A stretch of DNA of 64,000 nucleotides from Geobacteraceae bacterium (GTDB taxonomy: Bacteria; Desulfobacterota; Desulfuromonadia; Geobacterales; Pseudopelobacteraceae): NCBI GenBank assembly GCA_043743795.1, contig JAYTVV010000020.1, positions 2,606 through 66,605 of the forward strand, written 5' to 3'. Positions 46,376 through 55,988 of the stretch are shown here, one piece after another. The position numbers were made by a program, and so were the translations under genes. The notes beneath the pieces are model-generated. The model was not told the DNA's origin. It did not search any database and saw only the letters and a program-made list of their open reading frames with translations. Each line of letters opens with the position of its first letter. Position 1 is the stretch's first letter.

Positions 46376-48051
46376 CGTTGTTCCTCCTTTTTGCCCCAGA
46401 TCAGCGACTCAGGGTGACGTTCCAGATAATCCCCCAGACCCCGCAAAGACTGCGCCGCCCGGTTCATTTCGCGCATGGCTTCACGAAGATCTTTCTGGAG
46501 CGGTGCATCCGGTGAAAGCGTTTGTTTTGCGCTTCCCATGGTTTTACGGGCTTCCTCAAGCGTCGTACGGACCTCTTCGAGTGAACTGCGCACATCTGTC
46601 AGCATGGAGCGTGCCTCAGGAACGATGACGGCATCCACATTCCGAAGCAACTGGTCCGCTCCCTTCAGAGTTGCATCAAGCGTCTTGATCACCTGCCGTG
46701 CATCACCGGCAAGTTCCTCAAGCGGCAGCTTATCAATTTTCTGGACAATCTGCATAAGTGCGGTCTGAAACTGTTCCATACTCCCGGCGATGGTTGGGAA
46801 TTCGGGAATACGTTTATTCCAGTCAACTTTCTCCAGCGGTGCCTTTGGAAAAAAATCCAGGGCAACGTACATCTGCCCGGTAAGCAAATTTCCACTCCGG
46901 AGCTGAGCACGGAAACCATGTTCAACAAGAGAGTTCAATAATTCACGGGAACTCCCCGGTTTGTTCTGCTGCGATTTGTTGCGGTACCGAGCCCGCAGCC
47001 GCTCCGGATAGAACTGGATTTCAACCGGCATGGAGAATTCTTTACGCCGCGGATCAAGCTCTACATTAATTTTGCTGACTTCCCCCACAGTAACTCCCCG
47101 CAAATCGACCGGGGCACCAACCGGTAGACCACGAACCGATTCCTTGAACACCAGAACATAGTTTTCGACGACCGTGTCCGGGCGCTTCATGGCCTCTTCC
47201 TTGGTGGAAAACAGATTGAAGACACTGTTAGCTTGTGCAGCCGGGACCTCAATACCATCTTCCGGAGTTTGGAAGGAAATACCTCCCAGCAGGATCGACA
47301 GCATTGACTCCGTATTCACCTTGATACCATTGGCATCGAGGGTTACGTCAACACCGCTGGATTGCCAGAAGGTCGTCTTTGACTTGACGTACTGATCAAA
47401 GGGGGCACGGACAAACGCTTTGAGAGTCACACCATTACCATCTTTATCCAGTTCGTAGGCCACCACTTCGCCAACCTGGATGTGACGATAAAAGAGCGGC
47501 GAGGCAATGTCCAGTGAACCGATATTTTGTGCATGCAGCACAAATTGACGCCCCGGTGCATCCATGGTGACCGCCGGAGGTCGTTCAAGTCCGTTATATT
47601 TACTCTTCCGAGCAAGTGATTTACCGGCATCAACCCCTATATAGGAGCCTCCCATCAACGTTCCGAGACCGGATACATTTCCTCCAGTGATTCTGGCGCG
47701 CACAACCCAAAAACGGGTATCTTCGACCAGAAGCCCCTCGGCTTCTTTCGTAAGTTCGGCCGTCACCACCACGTGAGACCGGTCTTTGGCTATGGCTATC
47801 CCCTTGACTTCACCAATCTGGACTTCCTTATATTTAATCTTTGTCTTGCCCGGCTCCAGCCCTTCACCATTGAGAAAGGTTATGGTGATAACCGGCCCGC
47901 GCTCCAGATAGGATTTGACCGCCAGCGACGCGCCGATAATCGCAGCAATAATCGGAATTATCCAGACCAGCTGGAGACGACGGCGTCGACGGGGTTGAAA
48001 AACAGCGTCAGGGATAGTGGAAAAATCGGGGGGCTGTGACTCATCAGTCAT
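46372..48051 (-). CDS. pqiB: PqiB-like multi-MCE-domain protein
   Basis: 559 aa. N-terminal TM, repeated MCE-like segments, C-terminal helical region. Confidence 0.8.
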   Translation of the reverse strand: MTDESQPPDFSTIPDAVFQPRRRRRLQLVWIIPIIAAIIGASLAVKSYLERGPVITITFLNGEGLEPGKTKIKYKEVQIGEVKGIAIAKDRSHVVVTAELTKEAEGLLVEDTRFWVVRARITGGNVSGLGTLMGGSYIGVDAGKSLARKSKYNGLERPPAVTMDAPGRQFVLHAQNIGSLDIASPLFYRHIQVGEVVAYELDKDGNGVTLKAFVRAPFDQYVKSKTTFWQSSGVDVTLDANGIKVNTESMLSILLGGISFQTPEDGIEVPAAQANSVFNLFSTKEEAMKRPDTVVENYVLVFKESVRGLPVGAPVDLRGVTVGEVSKINVELDPRRKEFSMPVEIQFYPERLRARYRNKSQQNKPGSSRELLNSLVEHGFRAQLRSGNLLTGQMYVALDFFPKAPLEKVDWNKRIPEFPTIAGSMEQFQTALMQIVQKIDKLPLEELAGDARQVIKTLDATLKGADQLLRNVDAVIVPEARSMLTDVRSSLEEVRTTLEEARKTMGSAKQTLSPDAPLQKDLREAMREMNRAAQSLRGLGDYLERHPESLIWGKKEEQR

Positions 48052-48683
48052 ACGGTTCTCTCTTCCTGAAGTGGATCCCAGATAAGTCGTGGGTCAAACT
48101 GCATGGCACTGAACATGGTGAGAACAACGACCGCACCGAAGGCTATTGCCCCCGTTCCGGCAGTAACGGTAGCCAGAGAGCGAATCTGCACCAGTGCAGC
48201 CATAAGTGTCACTACATAGATATCCAGCATCGACCAGCGCCCGACAAACTCCACCAGGCGGTAGAGCCGTGCCCGCTGCATGGTTTGCCAGGAGGATCGG
48301 CGCTGCACCGAGATCAGCAGCAGGGTAAGTGCAATCAGCTTGAACAACGGCACCATGATACTGGCAATAAACACAATCGTTGCGATCCCCTCAAAACCGG
48401 TCTTCCACAAATGGACAACGCCGCTCATGATCGTGTCTTTGCGGTAGTTGAAGAGTGATCCTGTTTCCATAATCGTCAGCAGGTTGGCGGGGATATAAAG
48501 GATATAGGCAGAAATAAGCAGAGCCCAACTCCGTGCGACGCTGGCGGGCTTACGAACATGAAGATGGGCTCCGCACCGTGAGCAACGCCCGGTGGAATCT
48601 TTTTGCAGCAATCGGGATATCAGACCGCAGACATGACATGAACACAGGCCCTGACTTGCCGCAGTCAGCCACTGCCCATTCAT
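48048..48683 (-). CDS. pqiA: PqiA-family membrane protein (second half-size gene)
   Basis: 211 aa. CX2C..CX2C zinc-ribbon-like N-terminus plus TMs. Confidence 0.75.
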   Translation of the reverse strand: MNGQWLTAASQGLCSCHVCGLISRLLQKDSTGRCSRCGAHLHVRKPASVARSWALLISAYILYIPANLLTIMETGSLFNYRKDTIMSGVVHLWKTGFEGIATIVFIASIMVPLFKLIALTLLLISVQRRSSWQTMQRARLYRLVEFVGRWSMLDIYVVTLMAALVQIRSLATVTAGTGAIAFGAVVVLTMFSAMQFDPRLIWDPLQEERTV

Positions 48684-49312
48684 ATCGTACGCCCTTCAGT
48701 TGATCCATACTCCAATTGTTTCCAGACATCCCGCGGATTGAATGAGGAAGCGACAGCAGCAAGCATGAGCGTCAACCCCCCAAATGACCAGAGAGCCACG
48801 CCGGGTATTATTGTAGACGTTCCCTTCAGCTTTACCAGTGAGACAAGGATACCGAGCATAAAAACTTCAACCATTCCCCATGGTTTAATGCTCTGCAGTA
48901 CCCTCATGATCTGAGGAATACCAGCGGGCACCACCCGAAACCTGAGAGGCAGCAACAGGTAGATTATCATGGAGATTTCGAGAGCCGGAATCACGAGTGT
49001 CGTAATACAGACAAGGGTGGAAATAAGGTGCATGTCGTGATTCCAGAGGTAGCGCACCGCACCAAAAAGGTTGGTAGCATTGCCATTGCCCTTTATTTCA
49101 ATTCCCAGAAGGGGGTAGATATTTGCAATAACAAATAGTACCGCCGCCGCCAAAGCACTGGCAAGAGAGCTGTCAAGGCTGCCGGGAGAGCTGCGGTACA
49201 GCAGCGCACCGCACCGGAGGCAATGTGCCTCTCCTCCCCGGGGGATTGATATTTCACGTTGCAACAGGTCGCATTCGTGACAGGCGATGAGCTGGGTGGG
49301 ATACATGGGCAT
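48680..49312 (-). CDS. pqiA: PqiA-family membrane protein (first half-size gene)
   Basis: 210 aa. Same architecture as the previous gene. 4-nt overlap with the next gene. Confidence 0.75.
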   Translation of the reverse strand: MPMYPTQLIACHECDLLQREISIPRGGEAHCLRCGALLYRSSPGSLDSSLASALAAAVLFVIANIYPLLGIEIKGNGNATNLFGAVRYLWNHDMHLISTLVCITTLVIPALEISMIIYLLLPLRFRVVPAGIPQIMRVLQSIKPWGMVEVFMLGILVSLVKLKGTSTIIPGVALWSFGGLTLMLAAVASSFNPRDVWKQLEYGSTEGRTI

Positions 49313-49455
49313 AGATAATTCTGGCGATCTCTCTGGGACGATTATTTCGCGACAGAGTACGGATATGCGTAATTGGAGTCAAGTCGAAATACGAATCCTG
49401 TTTGCACATCGCATGAGCGGTCCCTCACCGATCGGGGCAATGTTGCTATTCTTAT

Positions 49456-50337
49456 CTACCATAGCAACGCACGATCAGACGTAAACGCTCTGATAACGCC
49501 GGTAACAGGGTCATTAAATCGAAGGTTTTTTGCAACGAGCTGGAGCGGAGTGTCGAAGTCATCCTCGCGTTCGGCCTGCAGCTCAGGGTAGTACCTGTCA
49601 TTCAAAATACCGAATCCGAGTCCGCTCATATGGATCCTCAACTGGTGTGTTTTGCCGGTCAGCGGATGCAGGGTAAAGCGGGCCTGCGTCCCTTTTACTT
49701 CTACCAGATTGAGGGCTGAACGGGCATTTATAATGCCAGGGGCACTTTTCATCAGGAACCACGGTTTTCCCCGCTCGATTCTGTTCTCGACATTCCACGA
49801 AGCTGTTTCCTGAGTCGGTCGGCACTCAGAAATCGCCTGATAGGTTTTTTCAACGCGGCCATTCATGAAGAGAGTGCTGTACAGCCCCCTGCTCTTTTTG
49901 TTAACGGAAAAGAGTACCAGTCCGGCTGTTTCGCGGTCTATGCGGTGAAGCGGAGCCAACTCTTCGATGCCGGTACTCTTTCGCAAACGATTGAGCAGAC
50001 ACTCGTCAACATAGCGCCCGCCAGGGGTTACCGGAAGAAAATGAGGTTTGCAGGCAACCAGAATTTCATCATCGAGAAACAGGATTTTTTCTGCAAAGGG
50101 GATAATCGGTTCACTGCTGACTTCGCGGAAATAAAAAATGCGGCACAGGGGGATGTATTCCGTATCCAGCGTTATCTGCACTCCTTTTTCGTCAAGAACC
50201 TTACCGTCAGCAATCCGCTGTGCCCACGTTTCCTCTGAAATACCGGGGAATCTTCTGCTCAGGAACGCAAGTACGGAAGGGTACGGTTTTACGGTTTCCG
50301 GCATGGTAACAATGGAAGGGTGTTTCGAAATGCCCAT
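49456..50337 (-). CDS. RluA-family pseudouridine synthase
   Basis: 293 aa. HRIDRETAGLVLF catalytic motif. Confidence 0.8.
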   Translation of the reverse strand: MGISKHPSIVTMPETVKPYPSVLAFLSRRFPGISEETWAQRIADGKVLDEKGVQITLDTEYIPLCRIFYFREVSSEPIIPFAEKILFLDDEILVACKPHFLPVTPGGRYVDECLLNRLRKSTGIEELAPLHRIDRETAGLVLFSVNKKSRGLYSTLFMNGRVEKTYQAISECRPTQETASWNVENRIERGKPWFLMKSAPGIINARSALNLVEVKGTQARFTLHPLTGKTHQLRIHMSGLGFGILNDRYYPELQAEREDDFDTPLQLVAKNLRFNDPVTGVIRAFTSDRALLW

Positions 50338-50530
50338 GAAACGTTTTCCTTATGGTTACACCAATTTCAAATCAAAGATGGATTCAAGGCGGCAAGGATC
50401 GAAGCGACGAAAGCATACCCGTCAGTATGTTGAGGAGCTGAGGACGAGTCAACGAAGAAGACGCTTTGATTTGGAACTGGAATTACATCTTCTTTGATGA
50501 CACGGCCCCGCCTGTAAGTTAATCGGGACG

Positions 50531-51148
50531 TTATTCAGCCAATTGGGCCGTTGCCAAAAACACCGGGAACGTTCTTTCTCCCTTTGTCACTGCCGTAACC
50601 GTCATAATTGAAATCGACGAGAAGCCCGCCACTACAAGCATTTCGTTGAGCGTTTCTCTGCTGAAACCGTGATGAAAAACACCGGTCGGATCTTCATGAA
50701 AGCTGCCGTCTTCAGCCTCAAGATCCGCCAGGGCTATTCTGCCGCCGGGATGCAGCAGCGTTTTAAGCGACTGGAGAAGCGCTCCGACGTCCTTGATATG
50801 ATGCAGGGTCATGGCACTCGTGATGAGATGGTACTTTCCCGAAGGCAGTATTCCTTGTGCCACATCACATACCTCGGTCTGCACGTTTGCAAAACTGAAT
50901 TGTTGTATTTTGCCATTAAGGCGCTCAAGCATTCCGCGAGAACTGTCACATCCCGTAATACTCCGGAGAGAGGGAGCAAGCTGCAAGGTGACGAGGCCGG
51001 TTCCGCACCCGAAATCAAGCGTATCCCATTCAGGTGCAAACGGCACGTTATCCCTGATGGCAGCAGCAATATCCACGGCCAGCTTGACCCGGCGCGGTTC
51101 CTCGTCCCAACTCAGAGCGGCAGCATCAAAATTTCTTTGTTGTGTCAT
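50531..51148 (-). CDS. Class I SAM-dependent methyltransferase
   Basis: ORF trimmed to MTQQRNF (GGGAG RBS). LDFGCGTG motif. Confidence 0.75.
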   Translation of the reverse strand: MTQQRNFDAAALSWDEEPRRVKLAVDIAAAIRDNVPFAPEWDTLDFGCGTGLVTLQLAPSLRSITGCDSSRGMLERLNGKIQQFSFANVQTEVCDVAQGILPSGKYHLITSAMTLHHIKDVGALLQSLKTLLHPGGRIALADLEAEDGSFHEDPTGVFHHGFSRETLNEMLVVAGFSSISIMTVTAVTKGERTFPVFLATAQLAE

Positions 51149-51824
51149 GGCGACTCCCTGTGCTGTGATGTTGATCAAAAGAGCTGATCAACTGTTCGCT
51201 TGTTATAACCCCGATCCCCTTGCGCCGATATCGTTCCAGCACGTCTTCCATGTTGTTCCGCGATGCAACGGCATCTGTGACAACCACCACCCGATAGCCC
51301 CGGTTGAGGGCGCCACAGGCGGTGTAATACACACAAAATGCAGCATCAACTCCCACCAGGTACAGCTCATCAACATGCCGGTCAATCAGCAATTGCTCAA
51401 ACGGACGACTGGAAAAGGCATCAGTCCGGTTCTTTTCAAAGTCATTGCCGTTTATGACCTTGATTCTGCGGTCGATGATCACCTTTCCAACCCGCCTGCC
51501 GCCATGCAGGCGCACAAACAGATTATTGCTGAAGACCTGCCTGATATAGGCGACTTCCATAGCCGATTCTGACGCCATATCTATCAGTCGATTGACCGTG
51601 GCGAGCATTCCGGTGGTGGGCGGTGCGGTAACCGGCTGACGGGCATTCGTTCCGGAGTATCCTTCCTGGATATCCAGCACGACGAGTGCTTTACGAGGGT
51701 GTTGGTAGCTGCCGATTTTTTTCCCTCTTGTGGCAATAAACATGCTGCGAAACATCATGGCAGCCGCCATGCAGACGAGGAGGCCGATTATCACCACACC
51801 TATGAGCAGCGTTGACATCATCAC
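51126..51824 (-). CDS. Membrane-anchored isochorismatase-family cysteine hydrolase
   Basis: 232 aa. N-terminal TM. VVLDIQEGY and GVDAAFCV motifs. Confidence 0.7.
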   Translation of the reverse strand: MMMSTLLIGVVIIGLLVCMAAAMMFRSMFIATRGKKIGSYQHPRKALVVLDIQEGYSGTNARQPVTAPPTTGMLATVNRLIDMASESAMEVAYIRQVFSNNLFVRLHGGRRVGKVIIDRRIKVINGNDFEKNRTDAFSSRPFEQLLIDRHVDELYLVGVDAAFCVYYTACGALNRGYRVVVVTDAVASRNNMEDVLERYRRKGIGVITSEQLISSFDQHHSTGSRHDTTKKF

Positions 51825-52114
51825 TGACCTCCGCCCCAGAGCGGGCTATCCATAAACTGACGTCGCATGCGTTCTTCCGGGTTCTGAATATAAAATTCTT
51901 CTTCCGAAAAGGAATAGCAATATGACTCCAGATAGTCACTCAAAATCCGATAGGCAGCATTAATCCGCTGAATCTGCTCACCATCCGCATCCCCTCCTGC
52001 ATCGGGGTGAAAACGCTTCACAAGTTCACGATGGCGGGACGTGATCTGCTTCATGGTCACTCCGTCGTGAAGGCCCAGTATTTCCAGAGATTTTTGAAGT
52101 TCCTGAAACGTCAT
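51821..52114 (-). CDS. Stand-alone J-domain protein
   Basis: 97 aa. HPD motif in LVKRFHPDAGGD. Confidence 0.7.
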   Translation of the reverse strand: MTFQELQKSLEILGLHDGVTMKQITSRHRELVKRFHPDAGGDADGEQIQRINAAYRILSDYLESYCYSFSEEEFYIQNPEERMRRQFMDSPLWGGGQ

Positions 52115-52182
52115 CGTTCAGACTCCTGTTATACATAACCGTTTGCGAACACTGTCCCGGTTGTTTTCAAGCGCACAGCCAC

Positions 52183-52491
52183 CTATTTTTCCAGCGGCAG
52201 ACCAGCCCTGCGCCACCCCGACATATGTCCGTCAAGAAGAGTCACATTCCGGTATCCGTACATACCGAGAAGTCCCTGTGCCATCTGGGCACGGGGACCG
52301 TGTTCGCAGGTTATCACCAGTTCAGCATTTTTATCCACCGGCAAAGTTGCCATTTTAAGCAGAATTTTCCATGTCGGAGTGTGGATTGCCCCCGGTATAT
52401 GACCGTTGTTAAATTCGAAACCACTGCGAACATCAACAACAGTTGGCATTTTTATTGATTTCATACGTTGTGACAATTCTTTTGCCAGCAC
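52183..52491 (-). CDS. Rhodanese-domain sulfurtransferase
   Basis: 102 aa. Active-site loop CEHGPRA. Confidence 0.75.
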   Translation of the reverse strand: MLAKELSQRMKSIKMPTVVDVRSGFEFNNGHIPGAIHTPTWKILLKMATLPVDKNAELVITCEHGPRAQMAQGLLGMYGYRNVTLLDGHMSGWRRAGLPLEK

Positions 52492-52523
52492 GGAAGCTCC
52501 TTTGAACCGGATAATGTGTCCGC

Positions 52524-53978
52524 TTACTTTGTTTTCTTACCCGCAGTTTTTGCAAAGCGACCGCCGCTCCCCATCGGGTCACCCGTGTAACCAAGCGCCT
52601 TCCAATCCATGCGTGTTCCCCCGGCATGACACTCATTGCATTGCAGCGCCTCTTCCTTGGGGGCAACTTCATGACTTATGGAAAAATATGACGCTGTTTT
52701 TACAAATTGATATTTCCCGCTGTACGGAAGCCCCGACCCTTCAGCACCGCCCATAAGTGCTTTTTCCCAATTATAGTCCACCCAGTACGACTTGTAGTGC
52801 TGAAATATGCTCAGATAGTGGAACATGGAATCCATCGGGAGATCCCCTATGAACAGTTTGTATGGATATATTTTTGCGGTTTTATCTCCAATACTGCCGA
52901 CCGGGGCGGTGATTACCACCGGTTTTGATGAATCTGTGATGACCTGACCCTTCATATAATGGTTTATGGTGCCATTGTACCAGGCATACACCGGTTTTTC
53001 ATTCATTCCCCACACGAAGCGCCCCATTTTTTTCACATAGGTATCTTTATCAAACTGCTCCCCTGTTTTGATATCCTTACCCGCCTCTGACCAGTACCAC
53101 TCCATCTTTGTAGCCTGCGAACGTGCAAAGTACGGGATGTGGCAGGTCTGACAGGCAACAGAATTGCTATGTTTTGCAATAATGGCGCCGTTCTTAGATT
53201 TCTGGTGAGGTGCTTTGAGACCGCTGTGACATGTATCGCAGTTGACTCGTTCGTCATAGTGAGCGGTCATGCTGGAAGCACCGGCAATTTTATGATTCTG
53301 TGTCGTGTGGCAGGCCTGGCAGGCCATATCCCCGCCACCACTGGCTTTAGTACCCATATGAACATCAAGCGCGCGATCTTTTTTCTCCAGAGTTGATTCA
53401 ATACCGGGAATTTTAACCGAGTCCGCCCCGCCGCCGTAATAATGGCAGGAGCCGCAGTTATTACGTGTGGGAATGCCAACACTTTGAGCCGCCAGTTCAA
53501 GGTTCATGGCCCCCTTTTCCATCGCCTGTTTATTTACATTACCGCCCACCACCTTGGAGTAATTCCCTTTTTGGGCATGACAGACAAGGCAATCGACCCT
53601 GCCGGTGTTACTGAAATCAAAGGCGGTATTTGTCCAGCCATACCCTGCGTGGCATTTGGAGCACTGCTCATGCACAATACCGTCTTTCCCCCCTTCGATA
53701 GAGGTGCAGACTGCGTTGAGCATATTTGCCTTGCCGTATTTTTCCGCACTTTTCTCTTTTCCGTTGAGATGATTAGGAGTGCCTTTCCACGTCCAATGGG
53801 TGGTCTGTATAAAATCCTTTGCCTGCTTTTCATGGCATTGAAGACACACTCTGGTAACTTCTTCGCCGGTTTTGAATGGTCCCCTGACCAACGTCGTGTG
53901 GTCGGTAGCCGCAGCAACAACCGAAGAGACAGAGAGCCCCGTCAGCAACATCATGAACAATATGCAAATTGTTTTCAT
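52524..53978 (-). CDS. Octahaem c-type cytochrome (tetrathionate-reductase/Otr-like family)
   Basis: ORF 52524..54179 trimmed to MKTICILFMM (signal peptide). Eight CXXCH motifs counted. N-terminal CLQCHEKQAKDFIQTTHWTW resembles Otr-family proteins (from memory). Confidence 0.65.
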   Translation of the reverse strand: MKTICILFMMLLTGLSVSSVVAAATDHTTLVRGPFKTGEEVTRVCLQCHEKQAKDFIQTTHWTWKGTPNHLNGKEKSAEKYGKANMLNAVCTSIEGGKDGIVHEQCSKCHAGYGWTNTAFDFSNTGRVDCLVCHAQKGNYSKVVGGNVNKQAMEKGAMNLELAAQSVGIPTRNNCGSCHYYGGGADSVKIPGIESTLEKKDRALDVHMGTKASGGGDMACQACHTTQNHKIAGASSMTAHYDERVNCDTCHSGLKAPHQKSKNGAIIAKHSNSVACQTCHIPYFARSQATKMEWYWSEAGKDIKTGEQFDKDTYVKKMGRFVWGMNEKPVYAWYNGTINHYMKGQVITDSSKPVVITAPVGSIGDKTAKIYPYKLFIGDLPMDSMFHYLSIFQHYKSYWVDYNWEKALMGGAEGSGLPYSGKYQFVKTASYFSISHEVAPKEEALQCNECHAGGTRMDWKALGYTGDPMGSGGRFAKTAGKKTK

Positions 53979-54015
53979 ACTGGTTCCTTTTCTATTTTTG
54001 TGAGTGTCCAGCATA

Positions 54016-54228
54016 TCATCTGGCATTAAAATCTCGAACAAGCCGGTACCCCAGCAATACAAACGGCCAGACGTGCCATACAAGATCAAAAATATCGATC
54101 GGGCGCTTGAGTGTCCCCGACAGCAGCATCCGAACTTTTTCCACGATGTGCGGCTGCGGAAAAAACGGGGCAAATCCAAGAAGGAGAACCAGCGGGATCA
54201 AAAATTTGTATTCCAGCAGCTCTTTCAT
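54016..54228 (-). CDS. Small membrane protein (70 aa)
   Basis: Two hydrophobic segments. Lies 37 nt upstream of the octahaem cytochrome gene. Confidence 0.45.
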   Translation of the reverse strand: MKELLEYKFLIPLVLLLGFAPFFPQPHIVEKVRMLLSGTLKRPIDIFDLVWHVWPFVLLGYRLVRDFNAR

Positions 54229-54371
54229 GGTACCTCACGGTGCTTTTCCAGATCGTGTTATCTGTGCACGAATACAATTCAATAATATGTATGTCAATAT
54301 AAATATACGCTCTTGCTGAATTTAGCGATGATGCGCACTCACCTGAGCATGCTCACGTACCGTTTCAGCAT

Positions 54372-54400
54372 AAAAAAAGCGGGGAGTTTTCACCCCCCGC
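54372..54400 (-). terminator. Rho-independent terminator (minus strand)
   Basis: gcgggg..ccccgc stem with a T7 run on the minus strand, just after the stop at 54416. Confidence 0.6.
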
Positions 54401-54415
54401 CGGTTTCACGCCTGC

Positions 54416-54967
54416 CTAGTCCCTACCGCGCCTGCGGTCGTCCCGTCGTTCATCTTTACGGTCTTCCCGATCACGGCGACGCTCGTCTTTCCACTCGTCC
54501 TTGTCTCGCCGGCGTTCATCTTTCAACTCTTCCTTCCGATCGTGATCGGGTCGAAAGTTACGCCCGCGATAGTGATCCCGATCATTGCGATACACGCGAT
54601 ATTCCCGATCACGATACGACCGGATCTGCTCGATCCGGTGTTTGCGGATGCCCGGCGGCAGTTCCCGGTACGGGATTTCTACCCAGGGACCGTTGTGATG
54701 TCCGGAACGATGCCAACTGTTGCCATAGTACAGATAAAAGAAATTTGAGCTGAAAAGGATGTCGTAGGGTGTATCAACTCCGACATAAAAACCGAGTCGA
54801 GCGGGGGCAATAAAGAGTGGTGCCACGTCAAAATGGATTCCAGGCGGAGCGGCTACCCGTACCTGCGGAACCGGGACACCAACATTAACATTGACGTTCA
54901 CTTCTGCCAGTGCGGATGATGCTGCCACCAGCATCGTAATCGAAAGAATCACTACTGATTTTTTCAT
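54416..54967 (-). CDS. Secreted protein with extreme Arg/Asp/Glu/Lys-rich C-terminal tail
   Basis: ORF trimmed to MKKSVVILSI (AGGAG RBS, signal peptide). The last ~75 aa are almost entirely R/D/E/K (KDERRRDKDEWKDERRRDREDRKDERRDDRRRGRD). Confidence 0.6.
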   Translation of the reverse strand: MKKSVVILSITMLVAASSALAEVNVNVNVGVPVPQVRVAAPPGIHFDVAPLFIAPARLGFYVGVDTPYDILFSSNFFYLYYGNSWHRSGHHNGPWVEIPYRELPPGIRKHRIEQIRSYRDREYRVYRNDRDHYRGRNFRPDHDRKEELKDERRRDKDEWKDERRRDREDRKDERRDDRRRGRD

Positions 54968-55239
54968 ACTGAATCTCCTTTTCATAGAACTTTTGACACT
55001 ATCCATGTAATCCGTCTTTCAACGTCAAGCACGTTCAGTGCCAATGTACAACATTTCAAAGCCAGGCCGCATAGCTGCCGGCTTTGAGAAACTTTGCGAA
55101 ATAAGTCTTACTGCATTATATACTTTATTTAAGGCAAAGGCGGCTTAATACAGGCAGCCACAGCAAGATTGTCTCCCCGCACCGCGGATGCTTCTCCATG
55201 CGGTACTGCGACATACGCCAACCCCTGCGTGGGTCTGCT

Positions 55240-55890
55240 TCAAAATATCGAATTAACGATGGTGGTGATCACACCCCCCTTTTTCTTTGCTTTGGGAGGA
55301 GGTTGGGATTTTGCTGTTGCCACAATACTCTTGCTGAAGACGACACGCCACTCACCATCTTCTTTAAGCAGTTCCAGATTGAGCGAGTCATGGCCATAGA
55401 GCGTGAAGGGACTTGAAATCATCGCCAACGCCTTTTTGGCATCATATTTATTGAGCGTCACCTGATCGATGGTGAAATCCTGAATTTTGATGCGATTTTT
55501 AGAGTGGTCTCCGATAAAATCAGCCAATGGGTAACTCTGCCGGGAGGCATGCGAAAGCTGCGCGTAAGCGGCCTCAAAATTTTCTGATTTTACGCCGTTT
55601 AAAAAGGTGGTTGTACTCGTGATAATGGCAGTGGTCTTGCGGGAGGGCTCTGTCACAAGAAACATGCCGACCAGCAGCACACCGGCCAGGACAGAATATG
55701 CAGCACACGCATACCGTCTCCGATTTCTGAATACATTTTCGTTCAACCATGCTCGCTCGATGAATACAATAGTGCCGATAACAAGCGCAGCAATGATTAA
55801 TGCAACAACGGCATTATCTTTCAGCAGCAGAGAAGCAACTATCCCGACAAACGAATTGATCATAGTGATGTAAATGCCCTGTTTATTCAT
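55240..55890 (-). CDS. Membrane protein with C-terminal soluble domain, function unknown
   Basis: ORF trimmed to MNKQGIYITM. Three TM segments. Confidence 0.5.
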   Translation of the reverse strand: MNKQGIYITMINSFVGIVASLLLKDNAVVALIIAALVIGTIVFIERAWLNENVFRNRRRYACAAYSVLAGVLLVGMFLVTEPSRKTTAIITSTTTFLNGVKSENFEAAYAQLSHASRQSYPLADFIGDHSKNRIKIQDFTIDQVTLNKYDAKKALAMISSPFTLYGHDSLNLELLKEDGEWRVVFSKSIVATAKSQPPPKAKKKGGVITTIVNSIF

Positions 55891-55988
55891 GTAAATCCTT
55901 TCCTCATAGATAACAAATGGCGCTTTCGAAAAGCACCGAAAGTACTGCATAGGAGAGTTAAAAAAGAGGATTGCTGAGTTGTGGGGGG

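Noticed and set aside
50811-51572. 253-aa plus-strand ORF (and 50669-51187)
   Set aside because: It is antisense to the methyltransferase and isochorismatase-family genes, which carry clear catalytic motifs.
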